Virus record (IMG/VR): IMGVR_UViG_3300025617_000007
Span: 32,001-96,000 of that record
Direction: 5' to 3' (one strand)
DNA length: 64,000 nucleotides
Origin: a virus
Below, piece by piece: positions 31,720 to 40,051 of the stretch. The translations under genes and the position numbers were made by a program. Position 1 is the first letter of the stretch. Each line of letters begins with the position of its first letter. A model generated the notes under the pieces. It was not told the DNA's origin. It was given only the letters and a program-made list of their open reading frames with translations, and searched no databases.

Positions 31720-31881
31720 CTATCTACTTTTATTACGAGACTTCTCAATTTCCTCTTCCCTTTTAATAAATTCTTCAGATAGTTTATTGATAAAATATTT
31801 TCGTTCGAAGGTAGGCATACCAATCAAGTCGGAATACGACATATTAACATGTTTACTCAGATAATAGAACTCATCGAGCAT
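31720..31881 (-). CDS. Small tail/hub assembly chaperone, gp51-like
   Basis: Likely ATG at 31881 gives 53 aa, MLDEFYYLSKHVNMSYSDLIGMPTFERKYFINKL, which fits the YS.SEL..MP..ER..Y pattern of T4-like gp51. The ORF track starts it at TTG 31926. Confidence 0.7.
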   Translation of the reverse strand: MLDEFYYLSKHVNMSYSDLIGMPTFERKYFINKLSEEFIKREEEIEKSRNKSR

Positions 31882-31894
31882 AATTTGCTTGTAG

Positions 31895-32644
31895 TTAGAA
31901 GAAAGGACGAAAAAACTCAGCCCCAAAAGTGATATTCACGTTCACTTTTTCTCCTGACGGGGCTATAACAACTCTACCTAAATCGAGTCTTGGTTCACAA
32001 TCTAACATTGTGCTTCTTATGAACTTAGAGTCAGCAATTGGTAAACTATTTACGAATTGTGAAATCTGTTCTCTATCTTCATTTCCGTCAATCGAGACTA
32101 TATGTTTCTCTAATCTTTTAGTGATTAAAGGTACTGTAACATTTGCGGGATATTGGTCCCTTAAATTAGATAAATCGTTAGTATCTCTCATGGTTAACAA
32201 CCTACAAACAACGTTTACCCCTGACTTAGGAAGATTCATTTCAAAAAATCCTTTATCATTTGGTTTTATTTTTGGTTGTTTAATATCTAACTCATCTAAA
32301 AGAATTGTTTTCTCAAAAGATTTTTTTGTTTTTGGGTCAACTAAATTAAAAATATATTCAGGTCCAAATGCTGTGTTTCTAAGAAAAATTAGAATAGCTT
32401 CAACATCACCTTCTAACAAGTCCTCAGAATTTGTATCAGGTTCATAAATTTTATTTTTAAGTAGTGTTTGAACTAAATTGGTATCATTAACGTTAGATAA
32501 CAAGATATTTTCATCTTGAGCCGTTAGATATCCCACCTTAATTGACTTCTTTTTGTTAGTGTAAAAAAGTCCTTGAGAAGGTAATGGTACCACATCGTGT
32601 GGTAAGTTCATATTCATTTGTCCGTATTGTTGTGCTTGGTCCAT
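31895..32644 (-). CDS. Tail/baseplate hub assembly chaperone, gp26-like
   Basis: VVPLPSQG...KVGYLTAQDENILL...LLEGDVEAILIFLRNTAFG matches the T4 gp26-like family. Lies between the tube and tape measure genes. Confidence 0.8.
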   Translation of the reverse strand: MDQAQQYGQMNMNLPHDVVPLPSQGLFYTNKKKSIKVGYLTAQDENILLSNVNDTNLVQTLLKNKIYEPDTNSEDLLEGDVEAILIFLRNTAFGPEYIFNLVDPKTKKSFEKTILLDELDIKQPKIKPNDKGFFEMNLPKSGVNVVCRLLTMRDTNDLSNLRDQYPANVTVPLITKRLEKHIVSIDGNEDREQISQFVNSLPIADSKFIRSTMLDCEPRLDLGRVVIAPSGEKVNVNITFGAEFFRPFF

Positions 32645-32656
32645 AATCTTTAAAAT

Positions 32657-32693
32657 AAAAAAACCATAGAAGTTTATATACCTCTATGGTTTT
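32657..32693 (-). terminator. Intrinsic terminator after the tail tube gene
   Basis: Inverted repeat AAAACCATAGA...TCTATGGTTTT with a T-run on the minus strand. Confidence 0.7.
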
Positions 32694-32735
32694 AAATATA
32701 TAGGTGATTGATTTTTAATCAATACTTTTTTTATA

Positions 32736-33224
32736 TTAGTAAACCAAAATACATCTATCAGGACGTAAAGTTGCCGAAATTGTAGCTAACGCATCGTCAC
32801 TATAACCTAAACTATCAAAGTTAACATCTGTTAAGAATGTCCCTTGAAGAATCCATTTTTCCACTGCAACACCTGTTGGGTCTAACATTTCTAAATCGAT
32901 ATCTTTTTTATATCCCGCAGCATAACCCATACGACCCGTTACGGACTCTGAGTGTAATCTAACCCATTCCATCAGTGCTTGAGCAGCTGAAGGACCTATT
33001 GGGTCACGGAAAGTTACGTTTATGGTATTCCAAGTGAATCTACCAGCCACATACGTAGATGTGTTTAGAAAAGGAATTTCAGTTGCCCCTATTTGGATGT
33101 TAGGTCTTGAAGTTGACTCTACATACCAAGAGTTAATCCCCAATGAAGTAGGAAATGATAGGATAAACCTATTTTTTCTTTTAGGTTCATAAGGAACGGG
33201 CATTTTCATTAATAAATCAGCCAT
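32736..33224 (-). CDS. Tail tube protein, T4 gp19-like
   Basis: YEPKRKNRFIL, YVAGRFTWNTINVTFRDPI, GYKKDIDLEMLDPTG...WILQGTF. Confidence 0.92.
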   Translation of the reverse strand: MADLLMKMPVPYEPKRKNRFILSFPTSLGINSWYVESTSRPNIQIGATEIPFLNTSTYVAGRFTWNTINVTFRDPIGPSAAQALMEWVRLHSESVTGRMGYAAGYKKDIDLEMLDPTGVAVEKWILQGTFLTDVNFDSLGYSDDALATISATLRPDRCILVY

Positions 33225-33351
33225 AATATTTTGGTTTTTTTAGTTCTTGTGTTTATTTTATTATAAATATCAACAACAAAAGTTTTTCTATTTACTTTTA
33301 TTTTTTTTTCAGTAAGTTCCACTAGAAGATAATATAAAACTAGAAAAATAA

Positions 33352-34203
33352 TTAAATTTCTTTTTTATCTCCTCCTTTAGTTAAATAAGTTCTTACTGGT
33401 TTATCTTCATACTCATTATCTAGAAATGCTTTAATTTTTTCTACATTTCCTGGGTCATCGTCAGAAAACCCTATCATTGGTATAAAATTATTTTTAACAT
33501 CATTTTTAAGGAAAGCTCTTTTTCCTAATCTCTCACTCATACTTTTAACGTAAGTGATAAATTCTCTTAAAGCCTTTATTTTACCTTCCTCAGGATTTGA
33601 CGCTGAACCCTCCCCATAAGTTACAGGATAATATTTACAAAGGTCCAAATATTCATTAATCATTGTTTGACCATCTTTGGACACATCCCCTGTCATATTT
33701 CTGTATTTTTTTAAATTCTCAATAAGGGTATCTTTACTAATACCATTATGTTCGGTAACTATAAAATTATAAATGGACTCTCTAAGAACTGAAGGTGTAT
33801 GACCTCTAGCAGTGATAATTGCAAAGATTGAACCTCCATTTATACATTCTACAAAATCATCCCAAGACGGTCCGATAGTTGCCATCATTGAGTCAATAAT
33901 AAAAGCATTGTCTCCTTTTACTCCGAAATTTCTATATGGGTCACTAGCATAACCAACAATCATAGTGTTTTTATACTCAAAAGGTTCTTTACCTATCATT
34001 GCACGGTAATCTGCAAAGTCTTCCGTAGACATTCCGATTTCTTCATCGTTTTCACTTAAAAGAATAATTTGAGTCGGCATCGTTACGATATTATCGTCCC
34101 AATCAAAGGCATAATATTTTAAATCTGGATTACCCTCAGTGTCGAAACCTTCTTTTAATTGTTTTTCTTCGATGAATTCTCTTATGATTCTTTTAATCGA
34201 CAT
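33352..34203 (-). CDS. HAD-superfamily phosphatase-like protein
   Basis: HAD motif I FDWDDNI, motif II IITARGH, motif III K (EGKIK) and motif IV GFSDDD. Confidence 0.7.
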   Translation of the reverse strand: MSIKRIIREFIEEKQLKEGFDTEGNPDLKYYAFDWDDNIVTMPTQIILLSENDEEIGMSTEDFADYRAMIGKEPFEYKNTMIVGYASDPYRNFGVKGDNAFIIDSMMATIGPSWDDFVECINGGSIFAIITARGHTPSVLRESIYNFIVTEHNGISKDTLIENLKKYRNMTGDVSKDGQTMINEYLDLCKYYPVTYGEGSASNPEEGKIKALREFITYVKSMSERLGKRAFLKNDVKNNFIPMIGFSDDDPGNVEKIKAFLDNEYEDKPVRTYLTKGGDKKEI

Positions 34204-34346
34204 TACTTATTGGTTTTTATTTTTTCAATTAATCTTTCCAATTGAGACTCAGAAATCACAATATTTTGTGGTTTTTCTGAAAACGATTTTTTGTTGTTAG
34301 TATTAATATCTAACGCTTCGTTAAGTGTTTTCTTTTTAAATTCCAT
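34203..34346 (-). CDS. Small hypothetical protein (47 aa, not in ORF track)
   Basis: MEFKKKTLNEALDINTNNKKSFSEKPQNIVISESQLERLIEKIKTNK. Its stop overlaps the next ATG (TAATG), and TATTTAT lies upstream at 34405-34411. Confidence 0.7.
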   Translation of the reverse strand: MEFKKKTLNEALDINTNNKKSFSEKPQNIVISESQLERLIEKIKTNK

Positions 34347-34378
34347 TTTTTTTTAGTTTAAAAGTTTAATAAAGGCTA

Positions 34379-34401
34379 ATGGGGACCATAGTGGTCCCCA
34401 T
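34379..34401. other. Perfect 10-bp hairpin between the sheath stop and the next ORF
   Basis: ATGGGGACCA-tag-TGGTCCCCAT without a good U-tract, 3 nt downstream of a TATTTAT motif. Could be a terminator or a 5' stabilising hairpin. Confidence 0.55.
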
Positions 34402-34421
34402 ATTATAAATATATCAAGTGA

Positions 34422-37400
34422 TTAAATATCCTCAAATGATGCACCTGTTGGTGTAATTAAGAATTCAATATCTATGAATTCAAGTGCTCTTGTTGGTTTC
34501 AAGTAAATTTTACCTGTTAACGTATTAGAGTCTAAATCCTCAGGTGTGTTAGAAACGGTAACTCTAAAGTCAATTAAACCACGGTCTCTTCTGATACCAT
34601 CTAAGATTGGGTTTACCGAATCTAAGAACTCTTGTCTTACTTGTTCGTCATTTTGTTCAAACAATAACCTAACTGCTACTGCCGAAATCAATTTACGTGC
34701 TTGTAATAACAATCTTCTCACATTTATTCTATCTAGTGCACTTTCTCTAACTTGAGTAGTTTTATTACCCCATATTACCGTACCAACATCTGAGAAGGTT
34801 GCGATTGGGTTTAATCTACCTTTATAAAGAATGTCTCTATCTTCTTGAGTTAACTTCTTACGTGCCTTAACCGCATTTACTAAACCACGTGTGTATCCCG
34901 CTGATGCGAACCATGGGAACGCAATATTATCAGTTAATGCTAAGTTTCTAACAACCTCTGCAGTAGGTGGGATATAGATTTGTGTATTGTTAACAGTATC
35001 TCTTGTCAACACCCACGGATAGTAAGTTGCAGTATAGTTAGAATCGATTCCCGTTTCAGTTAAATTATCTACCGATTCTTCAGGATATATGAAATTAGTG
35101 TCAAAATCACCTAAAGTTGGTGTAAACATTTTATAATCAGGTGTAGTACAAATATAGATAGAATCTGCTCTGTCTGTTTCGACCATATCAATTGCCTCCT
35201 CAACTAAGTTAGAGTTGTTTACATAATCAATACCTGGTGTTGTAAATATATTAATATTAACCGCTTCAGGATTATGGAAAGTATGTTGACCCCATAAGTA
35301 AGCGTAATAATCAGTATTAGCCCAAGTTAATTGGTCAGGTCCTGTGATTTGTTTGAAAGCACCCCATCCACTAGCGTTTGGATAGTTAATTGATGGTGCA
35401 GCACCTGCTCTATAACCTGCGGAACCTAATTGGAATCTATCACCATTAGTTCTATACTGTCTATAGATGTCCCATCCATCAAAACCACCTGAAGGTGATA
35501 ATGTAAATTTACGAGAATTTAATCTGTAATATGGGTTATTCTCATCTTGTGGTTCACTTCTAAATTCAGCATCTCCCACTTCAAAAGCGGTTTCACCTGA
35601 AGTTGTATATGATGAAGGTATATTAACTATGGTAGCTCCCGAATCCATGTGGAATCCTTTTGTTAAGTATGCCCATGGTTGAGAATCTGTTGCAGTTGAT
35701 ATCTTAGTCGGATTTTGTTTTCCCTTATATTGGAAGAAGTCAGAATCTATACCTACAGTGTTAGAAACACCTAAGTAAACTTTTCTTACTTTATCTCCCG
35801 CAGCCCTAGTTTGATTATCACTTCCTGATGAGTTACCAAATGGTGGATTATAAATTACCTCACCCGGTGTATAATATTTTGTTTTATATTCTAAAAATGG
35901 TGATTTAGAACCTGAATATTGTCTTGTAAGATACCCACGGAAACCACAAGGTAATGAATCTACAGGAGCGTCTTCATTCATCTCTAACATAATGTATTTA
36001 GATTTCAATTCGAAGTCACCATTAGCCGTACCTATTTTTTTAGCGACAAAACTATTTTGATTTGGGTCCATAGAACAATTAGTGAATTTCTCAAGTACTA
36101 CAGGATTTGCGTCAGTATCAAAGAAGTCACGAATAATAACATCAAATGTTCCGTTGTTAAATGAAATATTAATAATAGAAATCTTAATTTCTCTGTTTGC
36201 ACTATTACCGTCAGATATAGTTACAAACTTAAACATATCATAAACTTGAGTACCTCTCAATTCTGAAACAACATATGGAGTTTCAGGGGTTTGATATCTG
36301 TCTAAGTACCAACCAATACCTGTATTGTCGTTATCGGTTCTAGCGCCTTTTAATGGAAGTAATTCACAATCCAAACCTCTAATCATACCTTTTCGGTATC
36401 CGATGTTTAACATTGAATAATATTCTTCTTCTAAAAATAAAGGGACTTCACTCTTTGGTTTAGCAAAATTAGACTTACCAAACACTTTAGAAATGTAATT
36501 AGAGTTTGATATGTCAAACGATGTTTTAAATGTGAATGTGTCACCATCAAACGTAACACCTGATATCGCAAATGTTGAGAATGGGTCTTTGGTCACTGCA
36601 GAATATGAACCTGAACAATCCATTATCACATCAGTTAATCCCGATACTTCATAAACTGGTCCATCATCTGTTGAATATGTTGCGATACCTCTTGAACGTA
36701 AAGTTGCAACAACTAAATCATTATATTGTGTCATCGGTGTGCCTGTGTAGTTAGTAACATAAACTACTGCGGTACCCGAATAGTTAGAGCCTACAGTGTT
36801 AACCATACTATCTACTCCTAAACCAAAACCTGTACCGTTATAAACACCTGCAGTTGCACTGAATAATGAGTAATACCATGGGTCGTTTTCAGATGATGTT
36901 AAATTATTATTTTCAAATAATATATTATCTACACCATAGACATTAGTATTTCCAGTATAATTTGGAGTTGCACCGGTTAAGTTATTAAATGTGGTACTAG
37001 TTACTGAACCCCAAAAGTATGCTGTAGAACCTGATGATGATGGTGATACGATTTCACCGTATAGATATTCTTCCATGTCACCTAAAATAGTTGACTCTCC
37101 ACCTGTATATGTAGTATATGGGTCTGTAATCACATCCTCTATTGATGGGGGTAATGATGAATAGTCAGTAACAGAGAAAGTGGTACTATCACCTGAAGTT
37201 CCTGAAAACTCGATAGTGAATGGGCCACTAACAGAATCAACTGTTGTCCCTGAACTGTCTAAATTACCTACAGTTTTTATAGACCAAGAAGGTCCTGCGT
37301 CATACCCTGATAATCCAAGTACTCTTGTTACGAACAATTGATTTGATTGTTGTAAGTAAGCCTTTGCAATATACGCTGCTTCGTACTTTGGAATCTGAGT

Positions 37401-37607
37401 ATTCACGAATTTTGTTGGATTTGTACCACCGAAGTAGGCTTGATACTCGTCAAAGTTTGAGATGAAAATAGGTTCGAATGCTGGACCCGAAAGAGTTTCA
37501 CCTACAATACCAAGAGTAGTTACACCTACGCTTTGTGCTACAAAACTTAAATCTCTTTCAGATGTATAAACACCTGGAGAAACGAATACTTTGTTTGCTG
37601 TCGCCAT
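34422..37607 (-). CDS. Tail sheath protein, gp18-like
   Basis: VSPGVYTSERDLS N-terminus, and C-terminal WFASAGYTRG, VIWGNKT, RINVRRLL, GKIYLKPTRALEFIDIEF. Confidence 0.95.
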   Translation of the reverse strand: MATANKVFVSPGVYTSERDLSFVAQSVGVTTLGIVGETLSGPAFEPIFISNFDEYQAYFGGTNPTKFVNTQIPKYEAAYIAKAYLQQSNQLFVTRVLGLSGYDAGPSWSIKTVGNLDSSGTTVDSVSGPFTIEFSGTSGDSTTFSVTDYSSLPPSIEDVITDPYTTYTGGESTILGDMEEYLYGEIVSPSSSGSTAYFWGSVTSTTFNNLTGATPNYTGNTNVYGVDNILFENNNLTSSENDPWYYSLFSATAGVYNGTGFGLGVDSMVNTVGSNYSGTAVVYVTNYTGTPMTQYNDLVVATLRSRGIATYSTDDGPVYEVSGLTDVIMDCSGSYSAVTKDPFSTFAISGVTFDGDTFTFKTSFDISNSNYISKVFGKSNFAKPKSEVPLFLEEEYYSMLNIGYRKGMIRGLDCELLPLKGARTDNDNTGIGWYLDRYQTPETPYVVSELRGTQVYDMFKFVTISDGNSANREIKISIINISFNNGTFDVIIRDFFDTDANPVVLEKFTNCSMDPNQNSFVAKKIGTANGDFELKSKYIMLEMNEDAPVDSLPCGFRGYLTRQYSGSKSPFLEYKTKYYTPGEVIYNPPFGNSSGSDNQTRAAGDKVRKVYLGVSNTVGIDSDFFQYKGKQNPTKISTATDSQPWAYLTKGFHMDSGATIVNIPSSYTTSGETAFEVGDAEFRSEPQDENNPYYRLNSRKFTLSPSGGFDGWDIYRQYRTNGDRFQLGSAGYRAGAAPSINYPNASGWGAFKQITGPDQLTWANTDYYAYLWGQHTFHNPEAVNINIFTTPGIDYVNNSNLVEEAIDMVETDRADSIYICTTPDYKMFTPTLGDFDTNFIYPEESVDNLTETGIDSNYTATYYPWVLTRDTVNNTQIYIPPTAEVVRNLALTDNIAFPWFASAGYTRGLVNAVKARKKLTQEDRDILYKGRLNPIATFSDVGTVIWGNKTTQVRESALDRINVRRLLLQARKLISAVAVRLLFEQNDEQVRQEFLDSVNPILDGIRRDRGLIDFRVTVSNTPEDLDSNTLTGKIYLKPTRALEFIDIEFLITPTGASFEDI

Positions 37608-37740
37608 TGTTAAAAAATTTCTTTAGTTTTATTTATTAGATAAATATTAAGTAATTTACCAAAAAACTAATCAGGTGACACCATATTTATAAAGTGTATG
37701 AAAAAAGTATGCCTTTTTTCTACCTTTTAAAAAAATAACT

Positions 37741-37890
37741 ATGGCAAGAATAAAAAACATAAAAATTTCGCCTGAGTCACATCAGATACTTAAAAAGTAT
37801 TGTGAAAAACACGGACTTAAGATGTATAAGTTTTTAGAAAAATTAATCGAAGATAACTGTGAAGAAGTTACTGATATTTACGGAGAATGA
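37741..37890 (+). CDS. Ribbon-helix-helix DNA-binding protein (49 aa, not in ORF track)
   Basis: MARIKNIKISPESHQILKKYCEKHGLKMYKFLEKLIEDNCEE has an alternating beta-strand followed by two amphipathic helices. A-rich start region, with TATTTAT at 37684-37690. Confidence 0.65.
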   Translation: MARIKNIKISPESHQILKKYCEKHGLKMYKFLEKLIEDNCEEVTDIYGE

Positions 37891-38931
37891 TTAAAGGAGT
37901 CTAGCTCTTGTTAGTATGTTAGACTTTTTATTCGTATCAATTTTTTCGACTTCTATCTTAATAGTGTCGTTAGTACTTATCTTAATAGTTTCTATATCGT
38001 CACCAATATAGTCATCGTTAATGTATACAGAATATGAGTCTACGTTATCCGTATCTTCCACAGATAAATCAACTCTATATCTATAAGTTTCAGTAAGTGC
38101 AGAAATTCCATTATTAAAGATAATATCTAAATCAAAATTTTGAGGATTTGATGGGTATTTGTTTGCTCTTCTTTTAGTATTAAATGTGTCCACTTCTAAA
38201 AAAGTTGCAGTTCTAGATATTGCGGGAGATACTTCAAATTCTTCTTCATCTAAAAGAAATCCCATCATAAGAAATTCATAATTTTGTACATAATATTTTC
38301 TTTTTTCAATATCTAAAACAGATTCATCAGAGCTATTATTTAAAATTATCGGAATGTAATGTCCTTTTATTTCTGCATATGACTGACGAGACGAAAACTT
38401 CTGTAAAACTTTTTTATTAAAGTCATTTAGTTCTCTCATTTTATTACAGAATATTTTAACATTAAATGTTATATCTACAGGAACGGGTTGAGGTATTTTA
38501 TATACGTCTATTCCTTTTCTTTGTCCGTCCCATGTTGGAACTTTGGCATAATAAAATTGTTTTCTGTTCGGTATGGTATATTGTAAAGACGGGTTGGTTC
38601 CAAACTTAACATCAGGATTTCTAACTGTTGCAACGAATGGAGGTTTAATATTTTTATCTAAATCTTGAAAATTCCAAGTTTCAGTAAACTGTGCCCAATT
38701 CTGTGTGGTAATAATTAAATCTATTGTTGGTATTTTTTTACCTGAAACAGAAATTTCTAATTCGTCTTTAACAAAATCCAACATTCCACGGTCTAAATCC
38801 GCATGTAAAATCGATTTAGGCAAATAAGTACCATCTTCCTGAATTCTATCTAATAATTCTTCTCTTCTATCTAAAAGAATTTTTTCAGGACTTAGCGGTA
38901 AATGTTTTTTTATTTTTTTAGGTAATGCCAT
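37891..38931 (-). CDS. Tail completion / sheath terminator protein, gp15-like
   Basis: DLDRGMLDFVK...IPQPVPVDITFNVKIF...ELNDF pattern, positioned between the neck and sheath genes. Confidence 0.65.
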   Translation of the reverse strand: MALPKKIKKHLPLSPEKILLDRREELLDRIQEDGTYLPKSILHADLDRGMLDFVKDELEISVSGKKIPTIDLIITTQNWAQFTETWNFQDLDKNIKPPFVATVRNPDVKFGTNPSLQYTIPNRKQFYYAKVPTWDGQRKGIDVYKIPQPVPVDITFNVKIFCNKMRELNDFNKKVLQKFSSRQSYAEIKGHYIPIILNNSSDESVLDIEKRKYYVQNYEFLMMGFLLDEEEFEVSPAISRTATFLEVDTFNTKRRANKYPSNPQNFDLDIIFNNGISALTETYRYRVDLSVEDTDNVDSYSVYINDDYIGDDIETIKISTNDTIKIEVEKIDTNKKSNILTRARLL

Positions 38932-39491
38932 TATCTTTTTATTTCACTAATAAAAAATACTTTATTTTTTGAATTAACCATCTCTACTTCTTTTGCGTTG
39001 TAGATTGGTTCTTTAGTGTCTTTCATAATAAATGAATCATATTTGTATGGGTTATAAGTTACAATATTATTACTTGGCTCATCAGGTATATTTTTACAAG
39101 GATAGTCACAATAATCAAGTAATGTTCCAATAATAAATGCGTGGACATTTTTTCTTTTTTCTTTTCTAACTTTATTCATACCGCCTTCTCTTACTCTAAA
39201 CTCGACATCTTCTAATTTAACAAAATCTGCGTGTTTAATAACTTTACCTTTGTACTGTACTGAAAATGTGTGTTTATGTAAATTATAATAAACCATAACT
39301 TTTTTACCGATATAATTTATTTCTTCATTATCATTCCAACATTTATGACAAATATAAGGGTCATCACCTCCATCGCTTAAATCCCACGACCATCCACAGT
39401 TGTCGCATATAACTTTACCGTCCACAATCTCTTCACATAGATATGACATTCTATTTTTAATAAACTTAATTTCCTTTAATAATTTACTCAT
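38931..39491 (-). CDS. Hypothetical protein with an N-terminal zinc ribbon
   Basis: CDNC-x15-CHKC followed by a basic domain VYYNLHK...KEKRKNVHAF. Confidence 0.6.
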   Translation of the reverse strand: MSKLLKEIKFIKNRMSYLCEEIVDGKVICDNCGWSWDLSDGGDDPYICHKCWNDNEEINYIGKKVMVYYNLHKHTFSVQYKGKVIKHADFVKLEDVEFRVREGGMNKVRKEKRKNVHAFIIGTLLDYCDYPCKNIPDEPSNNIVTYNPYKYDSFIMKDTKEPIYNAKEVEMVNSKNKVFFISEIKR

Positions 39492-40003
39492 ATACCTTTA
39501 AATTCTCCATCATTAATTGGTGATGCAACTATACTTCTATAAAATGGTTTATATCCACCATAAGTATGTTTATTATCACTAACAACACGTCCATCATTAA
39601 CTACTGAATAATATCTCACTCTTTTTTCAGTTTCGTAATAACCAATATAATCACCATAAGATATGTCAATATTTAACTCATCAAGTGCGTTTTGATACAC
39701 ACCCACTTTTAAATTACCTGGTTCCATTTGAGACATTCGTGAATTAGCGTAGTCCGTATTATCAGGTTGTTCAATAGTTACATAACCCCTAAATTCTACT
39801 GGTGGTAAAAACTTAATACCATCTTCTTCGGTTTCACCATAGACATCGTCAGTCTTAGTTTTTTGACGGTCGACACGATATAAGACTAAGGTAAAATTCA
39901 TATCACCCTCAAGCCATTCTCGTCCCATATTTTGTTCTAATGCAAAATCTTCGGAACCAAAAAACTTATCTAAACGTGTTATAGGTATCTTTCTTCCACT
40001 CAT
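39488..40003 (-). CDS. Neck / head-completion protein, gp14-like
   Basis: LYRVDRQKTKTDDVYGE...FLPPVEF...GDYIGYY. Start moved to ATG 40003 (MSGRK) because TATTTAT lies 6 nt upstream. The track start at 40057 overlaps the divergent gene. Confidence 0.7.
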   Translation of the reverse strand: MSGRKIPITRLDKFFGSEDFALEQNMGREWLEGDMNFTLVLYRVDRQKTKTDDVYGETEEDGIKFLPPVEFRGYVTIEQPDNTDYANSRMSQMEPGNLKVGVYQNALDELNIDISYGDYIGYYETEKRVRYYSVVNDGRVVSDNKHTYGGYKPFYRSIVASPINDGEFKGI

Positions 40004-40006
40004 ATA

Positions 40007-40037
40007 TTGATAAATAGTTTGTTTATTGTTATATTTA
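40007..40037 (+). promoter_or_regulatory. Putative promoter for the SNF2 helicase, overlapping a divergent TATTTAT motif
   Basis: TTGATA(40007-40012)-17 nt-TATATTTA(40030-40037). ATAAATA at 40010-40016 serves the opposite strand. Confidence 0.5.
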
Positions 40038-40051
40038 ATAAATATTTCACT

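Noticed and set aside
33270-33350. T-rich intergenic tract as an ncRNA or antisense promoter
   Set aside because: No stable structure and no downstream plus-strand ORF.
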